From NCBI GenBank assembly GCA_002633005.1, contig NMRA01000438.1, positions 70,893 through 134,892 of the forward strand: a DNA stretch of 64,000 bases. Reading direction: 5' to 3'. Made by a program: the position numbers and the translations under genes. This DNA comes from Phoronis australis (lineage: Eukaryota; Animalia; Phoronida). The notes under the pieces are model-generated. The model did not search any database. It was not told where the DNA came from and was given only the letters and a program-made list of their open reading frames with translations. This document shows, piece after piece, positions 26,190-40,048 of the stretch; the first letter of the stretch is position 1, and every line of letters begins with the position of its first letter.

Positions 26190-26410
26190 TTTTCTTTAAG
26201 TTATTATTATTCATAATGTATTGTTTATTCCTAACATTTATTTTGTGAATTTTTTAGTTTGGGTACGGACCACCACGGAAATAAGTATATAACTTTTTGG
26301 TGTTATCCAGATAGTGTACATAATTATTATTATTTATATCTTGTACCTATTACTGTATTTATTATTATTATTATTATTATTGCAATTATGTACATTACCT
26401 AATAAACTAT
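26190..26410 (+). mobile_element. possible 3' tail of a CR1/L2-group LINE
   Basis: ggaccaccacggaaataag...ctttttggtgttatcc motif, followed by (ATT)n and aataaa. Confidence 0.3.
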
Positions 26411-26942
26411 TTATAAGTTACAATTTAAAAAAACGATATGTCAACTGCTCGCTACATAGCACATCTACCTTAGAGAGAAAAGGTGACCTTTGACCTCAAG
26501 CGACTTCAAGCAAACGACTGGGAGCGCATTAAGTGGGAGAGAGGAACTCTGTGGTAACCACAGATTTCCTTCACGCCTTTTTCAAAAATCGTGAATTTTG
26601 TGATTTTTTCTGGAAATTTCGTCACAGAGAAAAGTGAATTACTCTGTACTAGAAGGTGCGAGATGCTACTTTCGTTTGGAATAGTTTAAAATATATTTTG
26701 ACGAGCTTTCGCGTTCTACACCTCTTTAAGCATAGTGCTTTTAAAAAACCAGGGCTCTAAGCTATAAAATTTGCTAGAGGTCATCAATGTATAAGGAAAG
26801 GAAATGTTTGTAATTGTGCCTCTGTATCATTATTACTACAGAAAAACTGTACTTTGGGCCAATGACCTTGAATATTCGAAATAAATAAACATCTGCCTCG
26901 TCGTTCTGATAAAAACTAAGGTTATGCAAACTTTGTTCACAA

Positions 26943-27420
26943 ATCTCTGTATTTAACCAAATGCATAAAAAGTGCAGATTTTAACTCATTCAAAAGTACA
27001 CATTTTCTGAAAATAGAAAGCCCGTAAATATTGATATTTGACTTTTTGCCAATCTGCCATTAATTGGGTCGTGTGATCCCATGTTTTTGAGTAAAATTTA
27101 GCAAAAAAGAAAGGTACACTTATCGTAAAACAACGGTAAAAATAAAACAACCAACTTTTGTTTAACATAAATGTTCAAGGTGAAGTTTATAAAATGCTAT
27201 TCCAGTTTTCTAAATAATCATTTCATGTTGTTTTATTCGGGTTTTGAGATTTTTTACGAAAAGCCAAACAAATTTGTTTTTGATAGGCCTTATGCAAAAG
27301 TGGACTGTTTTGAAAACAATTCCCAATATGCTTTTGGAAAACATCGCATTGAACATGATATAAAAAATTAGTGTGAACTCGATCAGCCATTGCTGAGATG
27401 AGGTTCTTAAGCTGGTTAAA
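26943..27420 (+). repeat. old dispersed repeat, inverted relative to 30010-30480
   Basis: tttgactttttgccaatctgcc..gtcgtgtgatcccatgttttt and cgatcagccattgctgagat are reverse complements of blocks at 30350-30405 and 30037-30058. A related fragment lies at ~5100-5185. Confidence 0.6.
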
Positions 27421-29120
27421 TTTGGACATTTTCTATGGACCTACACAATCTTAAGTTTTGTGCAAGTTTGTGCGACCGACCGTTCACTGTCATACCTGCA
27501 GCCACCAGGTCATTCGAATAGTTCGGTGGCTGCAGATGTTTTGGCGGACGACGAGACTCCTTCGCGAACGATTAAACTTCCACCCTGTCATACCCGACCT
27601 TTTTTAACAGTAGCCAACGTCTTAATGCGAAACGGAATTTCTGATAAACGGAACTGACTTAGGCTACTTTTTAAAAAACGTCAATATTTTGGGTCAGATT
27701 AAAAAATGTTTGTTGTTTGTAGGTATTTATAACTCAGGTAAACTCCCAAACTTCTCGGATTTTGTTGAAAGTGCAAATATTGCACGAAGTGACAAAGTCT
27801 ATTTTTCATTAGTACCCTTGACAATTTTAAACACAGTTCTATGCGAAAAATGCGCGAATTATTCGAAACGACTTCAGTTACAGTTTGTGGCAAATCATTT
27901 CGACTTACGTGTTTTTGGCAATTCAAAACACTTAGTTTTCTTCATCGATAAAATTTATTTGCAAAAAGTGCGCACTTATTTTCACAGCATATATTGCCGA
28001 GGGAATAACTTGTCTGAGATTTTAATAATTTACCACAAACATCATCTATTCGTAAATACATTTACTTAGAAATTGTTTTAAAATAGATTTTGATTGATGG
28101 CATTTCCGTCATTGGTGTAACATTGGGCAGAGTTATTTTGTCTGGCGTACGCACATGCATGTATTTCAGCTAAAACAATAATGTTATTACTATTTTAATG
28201 CATTCGATCAACGAAATTTCATTTAAAAATGTATTAGAAAAGCTGCCCAGGTACTCAAGTTCACAACAAGAGCGTATAATGCAGACACAAAGCAATTCAC
28301 TGGCAAAACATGTTTTCTAGAAAAACAACTTATTCAGCAACTTTTCATAGCACTGTGTTCAGTAAGCATACATTTTGTTTCTTACCGGGAGAATGTGTGC
28401 TCTGGAGCATACTTTCAGTCGTCAAAACCCTCTGGTTTACCTATGTTCAACCACACGTGTTTTAAGTACTAAGATATTGTTATGAGGTTTCGTGATTTCA
28501 AGGCAGGGTCCGTTCGTGTAATGTGCCGAGCTCTTTGCTGTAGCTTAGTTGATGATCCGGCAAACGTAAAAAGTCCACACACATTTTTAGGTTTAAGTCT
28601 GCACCCAGTGCAAACACTCAACCAAAACCTGGTCCATCAATACAGTGGTCAGGGGAATTTTGCAGATATTTCGCCATACAAGCAGACGATCTTTCCCGCC
28701 GACTAAAGAGAACCAACGCGCCATTTTCACATGCACGCGCAACTTTCAAATTCTAGTGTAGCTAAACCCCAATAGTCTGAATCGTTTTCCAGAGTAGCTG
28801 ATAGTTTCGTAGTTCTTTTTGGCTACGGAATATTACGGGATCAGTTTTATTAGAGTAAAAGGTCTAATTCGATTTTTCTCTATTTTAGCCAGCTCTACAA
28901 AGCGAATCCAGGTTTAAATACACTTTACCATCGCCATTTCCTTTCTTGACCGCTTTAAGTTCATAAGCACTTATTTCTTGTATATTAATAAGCATGAATG
29001 ATCCTCATGGTAACATCTGTTTTAAAAATAAGCAAATGAAATTTTAACTGTGTATACTGTATTTTTTACAAACGCTTAGAATTTTTTTTCGTGTATTAGT
29101 CTTAAGTTTAAACTATCATG

Positions 29121-29891
29121 AATACATACACAAAACGTGCCGAGAGTGGCGTGCATGAAGTAATATCCCACGAGACATTATTCCGCGTATCGACCGAAAC
29201 CGAAGGTCGAGGTATACAGTATACGCGGAATAAGGTCGAGTGGGATATTACTTCTTGTACGTCAATCGAGGTACGTTTTGTATTTATCCCATACGGTTCG
29301 AATTCTTAAGTTTCTTACATTTTTTCGCCAGGTTTTTCAAATATTTAACCCAGACTTGTTCACATGGCGGATCACATCCTATATGTATGTACTTGCGCGT
29401 TAGGTTGCAAGTTTTCTCTTGTAAAATAAAGAGTTTTAAAAGTAGCGATTTATTTCTTGAAAAGAGGTAACAAAGATGAAAACAACGGCAACTGTGCAGT
29501 GAACTTGTAACATCTCCTGGAACTAGTAATAAAACAACATTTGTTATTTTAGTTTCCTAGGAATCGGCACCTGAGTTGCAGACGATATAGTATTCAGCAA
29601 TTGAAAACTGAGACATAATTATGTCTTATGATTAACAGTTTTGTTCCAGATCTTACGTATAGGGCCTGGTTACATGGCGAGTGTTAGTTACACTGCAGCA
29701 ACTGTGTTATTTTAAACTAAATTCGGAAAGTTTGAGTATCTAATCGGCTGAAGACGTCGAGTCGACATATGACCTACCTTTTGAGCTTTCCATGTCAGAG
29801 GTCACTGTTGAAGTAGTGCGGCAGGTGAATAAGGAAAACTTTATTACATGACCGTATTTCCCTCAACAGATTCAACGCCTATGGGATAAAA
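29121..29891. mobile_element. asymmetric-IR element, copy 2 (intact hairpin)
   Basis: ~170 bp hairpin (29121-29190 vs 29221-29287) with loop cgaccgaaaccgaaggtcgagg. tttatcccatacg (29283-29295) pairs with cctatgggataaa (29878-29890). Confidence 0.8.
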
Positions 29892-30009
29892 ATTAATTCT
29901 TGACTCTCGATCACTAGAAAATGACTACCTTGTGCTTGACGCTAATGCACCCTAACAATATTTTCACCCACTTTCCTTTTTAAGCTGATGTAGGTTCCCC
30001 GAAAAATAG

Positions 30010-30480
30010 CCAAATTCGGAAAACTTAGTTACATGATATCTCAGAAATGGCTGATCGCACTCAAATGAAATTTTCAGACACCATACTTTATGCACGGTTC
30101 CCTAACCACTATTAGGTATTGTCTTGAATGCTTCTCACTTTTGCGTGAGGGGCTATCAAGAATAAGGCTTTCATGATTTTTATGAAACAAAAAAAAACAA
30201 AAGTGACATAAAAAGAAATGATAATTTAGAAAACTGTAACAGTGGTTTTGAGATTTCATCTTGTGCATTCAATTACATCAAACAGAATTTGGTCATGTTA
30301 TTGACATCGTTGTTTTGCTATGGATGCTCCTTTGTTTTTATAAATCTTACGAAAAAACATGATCACATGATCCAGCTAGTAGCAGATTGGTATAAAGTCA
30401 AAGGCCGCATACTACAGGATTTCTACTTCCACAAAATACATACTTTTAAGAAGTTATATAAAAGCGGGCTAAATACACCG
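30010..30480 (-). repeat. old dispersed repeat, inverted partner of 26943-27420
   Basis: See partner feature. Confidence 0.6.
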
Positions 30481-33400
30481 ACAAGTCGATAAGGTCCTAC
30501 GTAATCTCAACCCACACTGTCATCTACCGAGTTACATTCCTTGTAACCGGTGAAGCCCATTTCCCCCCAAGCTCGTTCTTTGTCGACGTTAATGACCTGC
30601 GCAGAATGCAGGCTAACTACTCCCAGACGATAACACGGCGACCTGATGAGATAAACAACAGACCAATTCTAAAACTAGGTCAGCTGTCATTTATCATCCC
30701 GTCATAAAATTAGACAACCTTTACTTCACAACAGGTAGCGCTATTGTGTTCACTCGACAACTCATTGAGATGTTCGTCCACATGCTAAATAGCGTAAGTT
30801 CCCGCGCAAACTCCAGACGTTCCGAATTACGATAGTACGTGCGTACGCGGACGCATTGGCACCAACCTGCCCTAGCAGTCACTTGTCTTAAGCGGCACTT
30901 GAGACGGAGGTTCCACCAACTTCAATTTTGCGGCAGCCCCCTCCCCCCAGTAATAAGGCACTGGAGCAATGACATTTGAATACGTAATCATGTCAATCGC
31001 CTTCACGGCGCTCGTTTAGTCGCTTTGGCTATTCCAAGCACTCATGCTTTACTGACCAAAAAAATTGGTACACAACACTGCAGAGTGCTTAGGGCCAGTG
31101 CGGGCCGTATCCCGGCTCGCCACCGTGCCTTTGCCCACTGGTATGCTGAACAGTTCACTCACCAAAGGAGACAGTTGCCTGGGTGTGGGGGCCAGGGGCA
31201 ACTAGGGAACGGGCATTCTGAAAAAGACGTACTGTAGGCGTGCCAGAATACACAGAGGTGTTTTGGCCTACGGTGCGCGTGGGGATTTTGTGGAGATTGA
31301 CAGGGGTTCTGCTTCAGTGTTGAGGTAAGAGTTTAGACTTGTAGACTCCGTGGGTAGCTGTGTTCCACTGAAGACTAGTTCTATTGAATCCAATTTCTCG
31401 TCAACAATATACCGTAGAAGACGGCACTCTACAATGTAGAAGACGGCACACTAGTGTGTAGGTACAGGTACACGTGTTATTGTGTCCAAAAAGCATGTTT
31501 ACGTTAGGCACTTTCTTATCAGCCAGTGTTCTTGAACTCAAATAACTTATGACCCCGCCACTTTTTCCCGCCAACCAGATGAATTTTCCCGCCAAAACAC
31601 CAATGCTATGGGAAGGACTGATGCTGTTCTCCTACTGCAGTCGCTGTTTCACGCGCAGCACTTTCACGTACATGCATGCACGGGGAGCAGCGACTTCGGT
31701 GGGTTGACTTGGGCCAAGACTCGACGTTGACGTTTCATATTTTAGCTATTGATAGCAACCAAGGAAAAGTACATCATAATTTCAATTACATAAATCCCTG
31801 TTGTAGCAATGCCGAGTCATGGAATCCCTCCCTTTCACGAAGTTACAATGAGTAGCTGCAGCTAGTTCCCATAGTCAAGAAAGGAAAAAAATGCAATTTC
31901 AGAAATATATTCAAAGCAAACTACAAAAGTGCGGAGTAATGAAGCGGGGCACAATACCAAACTATTTCAGTTGTTTTTCATAGCAGTGTAGGGGGAACTG
32001 TTGACTAAGTCCAAGGGCGGATCCAGGAATTTGGGTTTCACCGGGCGCAGATTTAGATGCAGTGTATTACATCTGCACCTAAAGTCTGAAAGAACGTTTG
32101 GTCGAGGGGAAGTCCCCCAGCCCCCGTCACCAATTCCACTCCCAAGGCACCACCCCTCAAGCCTCAAGTAGCCAGGACTAACTTTTTCCAGAAATGGAAG
32201 GAATTTTGTAAATCACTCAGTGACTGAAGGGTGATTTTTGGACCTAATAAGGGGAATTTCGTGCCAATTTTAAGAGTGGTTTTCATAGGAATGAACGGGG
32301 TCGGCATTCGCCCCCCCCCAAAAAAATGAGGCTATCGCGGGCTCTGCTATAGAAATAACTGGAACATCCCAACAAGCCGGACGGGCCTATACTAATTTTC
32401 CAGCTACCCCAGTCACCGAGTCGAGTACATGTACCTCCAGCATAAATTTTGAGACAGCGGCATTACTTCAAGCGTGGTTGAAACATCCGCCCGTCAAGCT
32501 CCCAGCGTTTCGTCAAGTAGAACACATTTGAATTTATCTCATATCATCATAGACGGACTATTCTCAGGGTAGCCTGACCATGAAACCTCACCCACCCGAC
32601 CAGCACCTTCCATATACTTTACCAGTACAAATATCTCCGAAAATGCAGCTGTGCAATCACGCCACGGCAGCCTGGTTCAACATTAGGTTCCAGTGAGCCG
32701 ATGTCACTGCGGTTGATCCCTACACCCGGACGGAAAGGGCACAAGAAAAGCTATAGGTACCTACAGCAATATCTGCCACCCCGTTAATGAAAACAATAAT
32801 ATGATTTATTGGTGCAAGACTGATGCTTAAAAGTTCCTTAACCCCTGACACGTTGACAGTAAATCTCTGGTGAGATCACTTATTTAAAATTTGGGGGACT
32901 TTTTCGTGTCATACCCTCCTCCAAATCCGCCTCTGAAGTCCTAAATTTCCAAATCTAAGGTCAATAGTACGACAGGTTGGGCACTCCTGAATGGTGAATG
33001 ACCAACGGCTCACTTCTACTCGACAGTTTCCTGCCATAAACGAAAGTACTGCCAAATCTCTCGTCCAGTGTCCTCAAAACAACATGGTGATGATTTAATG
33101 CACGCTACAGACTGCATGTTAACCTCCAAGTGACCATGTACCCACTTGTACCCAAACGATAACGGTCATTCGCGTTGCCATGGAAACTAAAGGCCGTCTT
33201 GTCAATATTAAATGACCTTGGACGGCCAACGTGCATCAAAAGAGTTACGAAACCGGCCGATACAGATCACGAGGAGGCAAACACAGTTACATTACGTTAA
33301 CAGAGAGCAAGCGAGAACTTCAATCGTTTCGAAATATGTTAGCGAGGTAAATTCGGTTCCACCTTGTCCCCAGGCAACAACGACCTCCTGCAAAGGGGTA

Positions 33401-33493
33401 GACATTTAAGATATTCCCACACTGCGGTTCAGATTGTCCCTCAGATCAGCGAGCAAGTAACAAAATGGGAAAACACATAGATAATCCGACAAA

Positions 33494-33643
33494 TTCCGTT
33501 CAGTAACGCCAGGACCTCGCTAAAAAGCAAGACTTCGCGAGAATACGTGAGATGTTGCCGTGTATTTAAAGTGAGAACACGTGACGTTGACTAGGCTTTA
33601 GCTAGGTCCTAGCGTAGGTCCTAGCGTCTACTGAACGCACGGC
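33494..33643 (-). mobile_element. ~150 bp PIF/Harbinger-like MITE, copy 1 of 3
   Basis: cgttcagtaacg...ctgaacg inverted termini with taggtcctagc repeats. Reverse complement of 41870-42019. Confidence 0.75.
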
Positions 33644-34491
33644 AGCTTTCACGAGGAAATATCTTCCCATCAACTGGCGATGGACCCCACGAGTCAAATG
33701 AATCATCATTTAGTACAAAATGGCGGACAACCGTAAGAAAGGAATGGTAATAATACAAGTCACAAGTCTATGAGGACTTCCTCAGGTCACGTGAAAACGA
33801 AATGGCTGCCAGTCGAGAGAGCTCCTGCAGCCGGAAATGGTATGTTCATGACTTGGAAAGTTATAGTCCACAAGAACAATCAACAAGTCAAGTGGACATA
33901 TACGTGGAGTATTATGTCCTATTTCATGAACCACCGAGACGTACAAGTGAATACAACTCCGTAAATTATGTTGTTCACAACTTGTATTGATAGCATGTAT
34001 TTGTCCATATCAATGTGGCTTGTAGCAGGGTGACCCACATAGCAAGGACATACATTTGATTTATTTGGCATGTCAACAATTTAAAAAACCACAGCTAAAG
34101 TGACTTATTTTTTATGAATCTCACTAACGCCAAATGACAGAAAAACACTAATATTCCAGCGTCAGTCAAATCTCTCCTGAATACAAATTGCCAAAACTAA
34201 ACTTCCATTCAAAGCAGAAGCAAAATGAACACCATTGGCTTTGTCATTTAGTGGTAGTTTTTGACTAAGTTATGTTGGAACAAGTGCCGGTCGTAATCTT
34301 TTTACCTAATTAAGCTATTGCTCACTTAAAAACTAGTACTAGACACACAACCATATGTCTCAACAGGTTTGAATACAATTCAGACTATTACAAAGGGAGA
34401 CAACGCGACATTTTGCTGCCTCACGTGAGCGCAACGGCCGGAAACAATGCTAAAATGATGGAAATGTTTGACATATTCGAGTTCGATAACG

Positions 34492-34588
34492 GTAAGATAT
34501 AACAGTGCCCGCATTTTGGGAACCAGTTTTCTCCACTGAATAACAGGCATCAAACTGGTTCTCAAAATATGGGTTCGTTATATCTTAC
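34492..34588. mobile_element. ~97 bp palindromic MITE-like element
   Basis: gtaagatataac..cccgcattttgggaaccagttt / aaactggttctcaaaatatggg..gttatatcttac. Core shared with 2821-2928. Confidence 0.65.
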
Positions 34589-34720
34589 TAGTTGGCGTCG
34601 AGTTCTATCCTTAATGTCCCACCACTGAATTCTCCCACAGGTATCACGATAACGAGTGCAGCGCCGCTATCACCACGTGGCGCAAACAAAACTTTTGCCA
34701 ACCACGCACATAAAACTCAC

Positions 34721-34906
34721 CCAGTCCAATTAGCCAATCAATTTGTTGACAGCAAAATGCAACTGAACAAATGATATCAAAAACAAGGGCCTTCGATGTC
34801 GTGATGTATACAGGCCCGTCAGGGGTCGCTGTCTCACGCACAACAGATGGATTCGTACTGTCTGTCCGCAAGACAACGACGTACGCTGGGCTTGGGTGAG
34901 AAGTAA
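34721..34906 (-). other. candidate 186 bp exon of a second minus-strand transcript
   Basis: Strong acceptor tattttttgttttgtcttcag and donor TGG|gtgagt. Upstream candidate donor AGG|gtgagt at 35243. Confidence 0.45.
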
Positions 34907-37900
34907 CTGAAGACAAAACAAAAAATACAAAAGTTCCCTTTCAAACATACCAAAGAATAAAGTCGGTCACTCACACTTTCAACACATACTTCAATGAGTT
35001 TAAAAAATTCCACTGAAATGAACTGTGACCTTGTTTCCGCACCTTTTTCACTATTTGAACAAAACACTCATCCGTTTACTCGCCGAGATCTGGCATCAGA
35101 GAGAAGCTCTGAAAGGGAAAACGTCAATATGACCCTAATTTACAAGCACACACGTTCTCTCAGCTTTACAGTTGTAATTGCACGAATATTAGCCGAATGG
35201 TAATGAGTAAACAAAGACGAGATATAAACCATTAAAACTCACCCTTTGCCCATTTGGTTAATAAAAAACCAAGGAGACAATTTTATCCCATTAACCACAG
35301 ATACCTACAATCAGGTTAACAACTGTTATCGCTATCCATCAAGCGGAATCTATCTTTACTGGCACGGGAATTTATCACCAGCTTTATGAATCAACCGAAC
35401 GTGTAAACCAGCATGGGTTAGTGTCGGAAGTCACGTCCTCGGGATCTCATATGACGATGGTCACATGCCACGGGGAAGGGCCAGATTTATTGGTATGAAA
35501 TCAACGCACCCATCCCGTTTATCTTTGGCGAGATTGTCGTCTTGGTGAACGATAATTTGGTTAGTTGAAAACACGTTTTTTTCAAAAAGGTGACTATATT
35601 TTTTCTTATTTTTATCATTACTAAACTGAATAGTCATGTCAATTCAAATGTCAGGGTTTACTTGACCCTAAGGCCATGGACGGTGTCAATAATCTGTCGA
35701 CATTCCTTGCCATTATCGACCACGTTTTTGAACTGTGCAAGATTATAGGCCTACGATACACTTGTGAGGAGTGGCCAAGTCATCGCAGGGATAGACTCTA
35801 GACACATCATTGTCACGTGAGCGATATTCTGGAAGCGCGTTCCAACTTTGAATTAGGGTTTCTGATTCATCCAGAAAGTGTAACTATAGCAACAAATCTT
35901 TGGTACAAAAAGAAATCGTTGCCACATATGCCACTTGGTATACCAAATGAGCAAATATCACGAGATGAATGAACACTTAAACTGAATTGAATATGATGAA
36001 GGTAAATTTAGTTTTGCTCAACAAGACGCACGAACAATAAAATAACATGTACAACGCCTTATACTTATCGATACATCCATCCGTGGCCCGTTTCTTTGGC
36101 TCATCAACAAAACGCAACATAATTAGTGCAGTTATCAGCACAGTGCCAACTATTCCACAAAACGGAGAAACAATGTTCATCGTCAAAACAGGATTGCCGA
36201 ACTTCTAGACTGAAAATACTGCCGTGTTAGGCTTTGACTGCGCCCGTGTGTCGCACACCGTTGTCAATTGTTCCCTCCTCCAACTTCCTCATCTTCAAAC
36301 AAACCGGTGGAAATTCTCAAGCCCTCGACAAAACGCGTAAAGTAGCGGCATATATATATATATACACATATGTAAACACACTCAACCAACGCCAACGATG
36401 TTGTGTTCGTATTTCAGCATGTCCCAAAGGTTACATCGAAAACACTCACGCGCACGCCGCCATTATCTCTGACCCCGAGTGACCTATAAAACAAGTTTTC
36501 TTCAATGGCTGCGACATAGAGTCAACCCGTAAACGTGTTCACGCTTGTTTAAAAAATGACACACTAAGAAAAATGTCGACTCCTGGTTTGATGTCAATAT
36601 TAGCCGTAGTGCTTAAGAAAACGACCACATTGCTTTGAAAAATCGCACCGCAAGTAACCGACATGTGATAAGTCACGTACGCCAACGGCCTTACAGAGAG
36701 GGAATTCCGTGACGTCAGTTCGGAATCAGACGAAAGGTCTAGTTAAGCAGTCATATGGCTATAAAAATAGCCGATACCGTCACGCTGGCCGAACGGGACT
36801 TTTTAGGTCATTGAAAGCCAGAGTTGCTCATCCGTGGCAATGATGGACCGAAACCAAACCAGAATCAGAACAATTTTTTCAGAGCGTACTTAGTGTAATG
36901 CTAAGCCTGAATTAGGCCTACACATATACAAATAATCACGTACCGTGATGAAATCAAGTGCCATTACTTTTCCAGACCTTAGATTTTATGCGATTACTGT
37001 AACTGACACTAATTTCAGTGATGAATAATTTAGTAATCAGTGTGAATAGGTTAACTCCATTCACATAAATTATAAATTAAAACATTGCAAAATTGGGTAA
37101 AAAGCATCCACTAAAGAGAATTTCATTGACCTGGTTCTGTTGTTGACTGACCCGGTAGACAGGCCACTATAAGGTCAATCGCCTTTTCCAACAACACAGT
37201 TGCAGCGGCTGTGACCTGACCTCAGCGGCGTCAACTTTTTTCAGTGACCCCGCTTGTTTACATAACCGATATCCGAGTCAGTCACACATATGTATGTTTA
37301 CCTGCGATTCGCAGTCACGTGACGCTCATGACAAGATAGCGATGATTTTAATTCACTAAACATTCTGCGTTAGTGATTACTAAAACCATAGAACTCTAGC
37401 CTTGGGCTAAAAAGTAGTTTCCACCGATTGGCATGAAGGGCGGATTAACGTCCATTAATCGGGTATGTTCATTTCGCATTGATTTTCTACTTATGGCTAA
37501 GATTTGTCACAACTTCCAAACTTTGAAACTTGCAAAACCGGTAAGATAGTCAAAATTAAGACAAAACTTCAGTCAATAACTTAAGTCAAACTTGAGATCT
37601 CTGTCTTGAAACAGACTTGACACAAATTTAAGTTTTGTTTAGAATTCACTGAAATTTAAGATTTGTCTTAATAGCTAAGTCAGTTTTCTTGGAACTGGCC
37701 TCTGATTGGATGAGAAATGGAGTCACCAAAAGAGCCCATTTTTTGACTGGATAGTTCCGACAATTTGACGCCCACTATAGTTTTTGTTTACGACGGCCTC
37801 ACAAGCGTAAAGGAGATGGCGTTATGGGAGGAATTTCTTTCAGTTAGTGCTTGTTTACCCGGACATATATTCAGCTGATCGCGAAGTCAGTTTATGATAT

Positions 37901-38722
37901 GCTTTAGCGGCACGTCCTCCGTATATCGTTGATTGCAAGAGCTCCAAACACATAATAAAACTTTATAAGCGAAATAATGCATTTTTGTAACATTTACAAA
38001 ATATGTAATGACCTAGAATATAATGCCGTGGAGGTAGAATTGTTTCTTCGGTTTATTAAGCGGCACAGAACGCGAAAAACGGACTAAATTGCAATGTCCG
38101 CTCTGAAACAGAAGCCAAACTGTTCGCCAGGTATTTTTGTGGTTTGCTAGTAAAAAATGTGAATTTCTGTTTATGTTGAAGTAGTTTCCCTTTTGTATCC
38201 CTTGTATGGAAAATGTGATCTTTGATGTAAACAAAACAATGGCGATCATGCATTTAACCTGGCAATTCTTTGAGTGCATTCGCGCATATATTTTATTAGG
38301 GGCGGAGAAACTGAAAACTGTATTGGAAAAAAAGAGTTGTTTTTATTTCGTCTGTGCTTCAAAAATAGCGAATCTGACGATTTTTTTCTAAAAATTCTTG
38401 CAATGTTCAAAGTAAATTACTCCGCCGCTATCATCTCCAGGAAGTAAATTCGCCACGACCTGTTTAAAAGGTATTTTTAAATGTTCTCACTGTTCATGCC
38501 TCTTTTAAGTCCAGTCATCATTATTCTAAAGGTATTCTCCAATTAGAATAAGCATTGTGAAAGTTAATAAAATCTTGTTTAGCTACAAATATTCCATGAA
38601 AATCTTGAATAAACAACAAGGGAAAGCAAGACAAAGACATTACATGTAAGAAACTAAATTCGACAAGATCGAATCAATCCTTACTCAGTAGCCTTTTTAG
38701 AACTGGAACTTACGTCTTCATG

Positions 38723-39190
38723 TTCAAGCTGACTAATACTATGCATGCTTGGCAAATACTATTCAAGCTTAGCAGATATTACTCAAGCTTGGCAAGCTTT
38801 TTTGGCAAATATTATTCAAGCTTGATCAATATTATTCAAGCTTAGCCAATATTATTCAAGTTTTTCAAATATTATTCAAACTTGGCCAATATTATTAAAG
38901 CTTGGTCAATATTATTCAAGCTTGACCAATATTATTCAAGCTTCAATTGGCCAATATTATTCAAGCTTGGTAAATATTATCCAGGCGTGGCCAATATTAT
39001 TAAAGCTTGTCAAATATTATCCAAGCTTAACCAATATTATTCAAGCTTGGCCAATATTATTCAAACTTGGTCAATAATATTGAAGCTTGGTAAATATTAT
39101 CAAAGCTTGGCCAATATTATTCAAGCTTAACCAATATTACTCTAGCTTGGCCAATATTATTCAAGCTTGGCCAATACTATTCAAGCTTGC
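38723..39190. repeat. 21-bp minisatellite, ~22 copies (ttcaagcttggccaatattat)
   Basis: Directly visible tandem array, degenerate at the left edge. Confidence 0.95.
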
Positions 39191-39973
39191 CCACTAAGCT
39201 GCTGACTAGGTACGTACCCAGTTGCGTCCACTCATCATGCATCAACGTCTCGTATTCGATTTAACGCTTTTGTTCACAACCATCGTTGGCCAAGGACGAC
39301 AAAATGGAAATCATGCCATTCATGTCAACATAAAATTTACGAATCACATTTATGACCAACATAAACTAGTCTTAATAATAAACATAATTCGCATTTGTGT
39401 CGCGCATGATCAATAGTGTACATGGCTCTAGTGTTGCTTTTACTTAATTGTGACATTGGACATCGTTTACTAAAGTACTCTAATAACAGGTGTTACGCAA
39501 CTTTATTCTATCAAAAGACCATCTGGATCTCTGAAACCATTGTTTTGTTTTATATTATGGGGTGGGACCTGTGGTTCGGCTTTTAAAAGGTAGAGCTAGC
39601 CTTTCTAATTTGAAAAAAACGCCATAGAAGGAAGTGAGTTCATAGCTTGCTTCAGAGGGATGTTTCACCGCCACTAACCTGTTTAGTTGAGTTTACAACT
39701 AATAAGCGCTGCGGCTGTAGATTGAGTTTATTTTCATTTTCAGTGTGTTTCTTTACATTCCTTACACAAACTTCCTTTCAAAATGCAGCGAAAATGTTAA
39801 CGTAGAATGGTTTCAGATTGAGTTCCGTAGAAGCAAGTCTCACGAAGGAAGTCGGTGCGGCCACGTGCTTCTATTATAATTAATGGCGATATTTCACAGT
39901 CTTTTGTCTTTATAGACCTCGCGCTTTCGCGATACATTCTCCATGCACCTTAGGCAAGGAATCTTTAGTTATG

Positions 39974-40048
39974 CATGGGCGGCGCAGCACTAAAAAAAGT
40001 GGAGGCTATAGTTCCCTAGCCTCCCCCCCCCAGTGATGCACCGCTCAT
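39974..40048. mobile_element. ~70 bp mini-MITE, copy 4
   Basis: catgggcggcgcagcact..ggctatag..tgatgcaccgctcata. Confidence 0.7.

Noticed and set aside
38723-39190. Regular array as possible CRISPR
   Set aside because: Head-to-tail 21-mers with no unique spacers, no cas genes, eukaryotic context.
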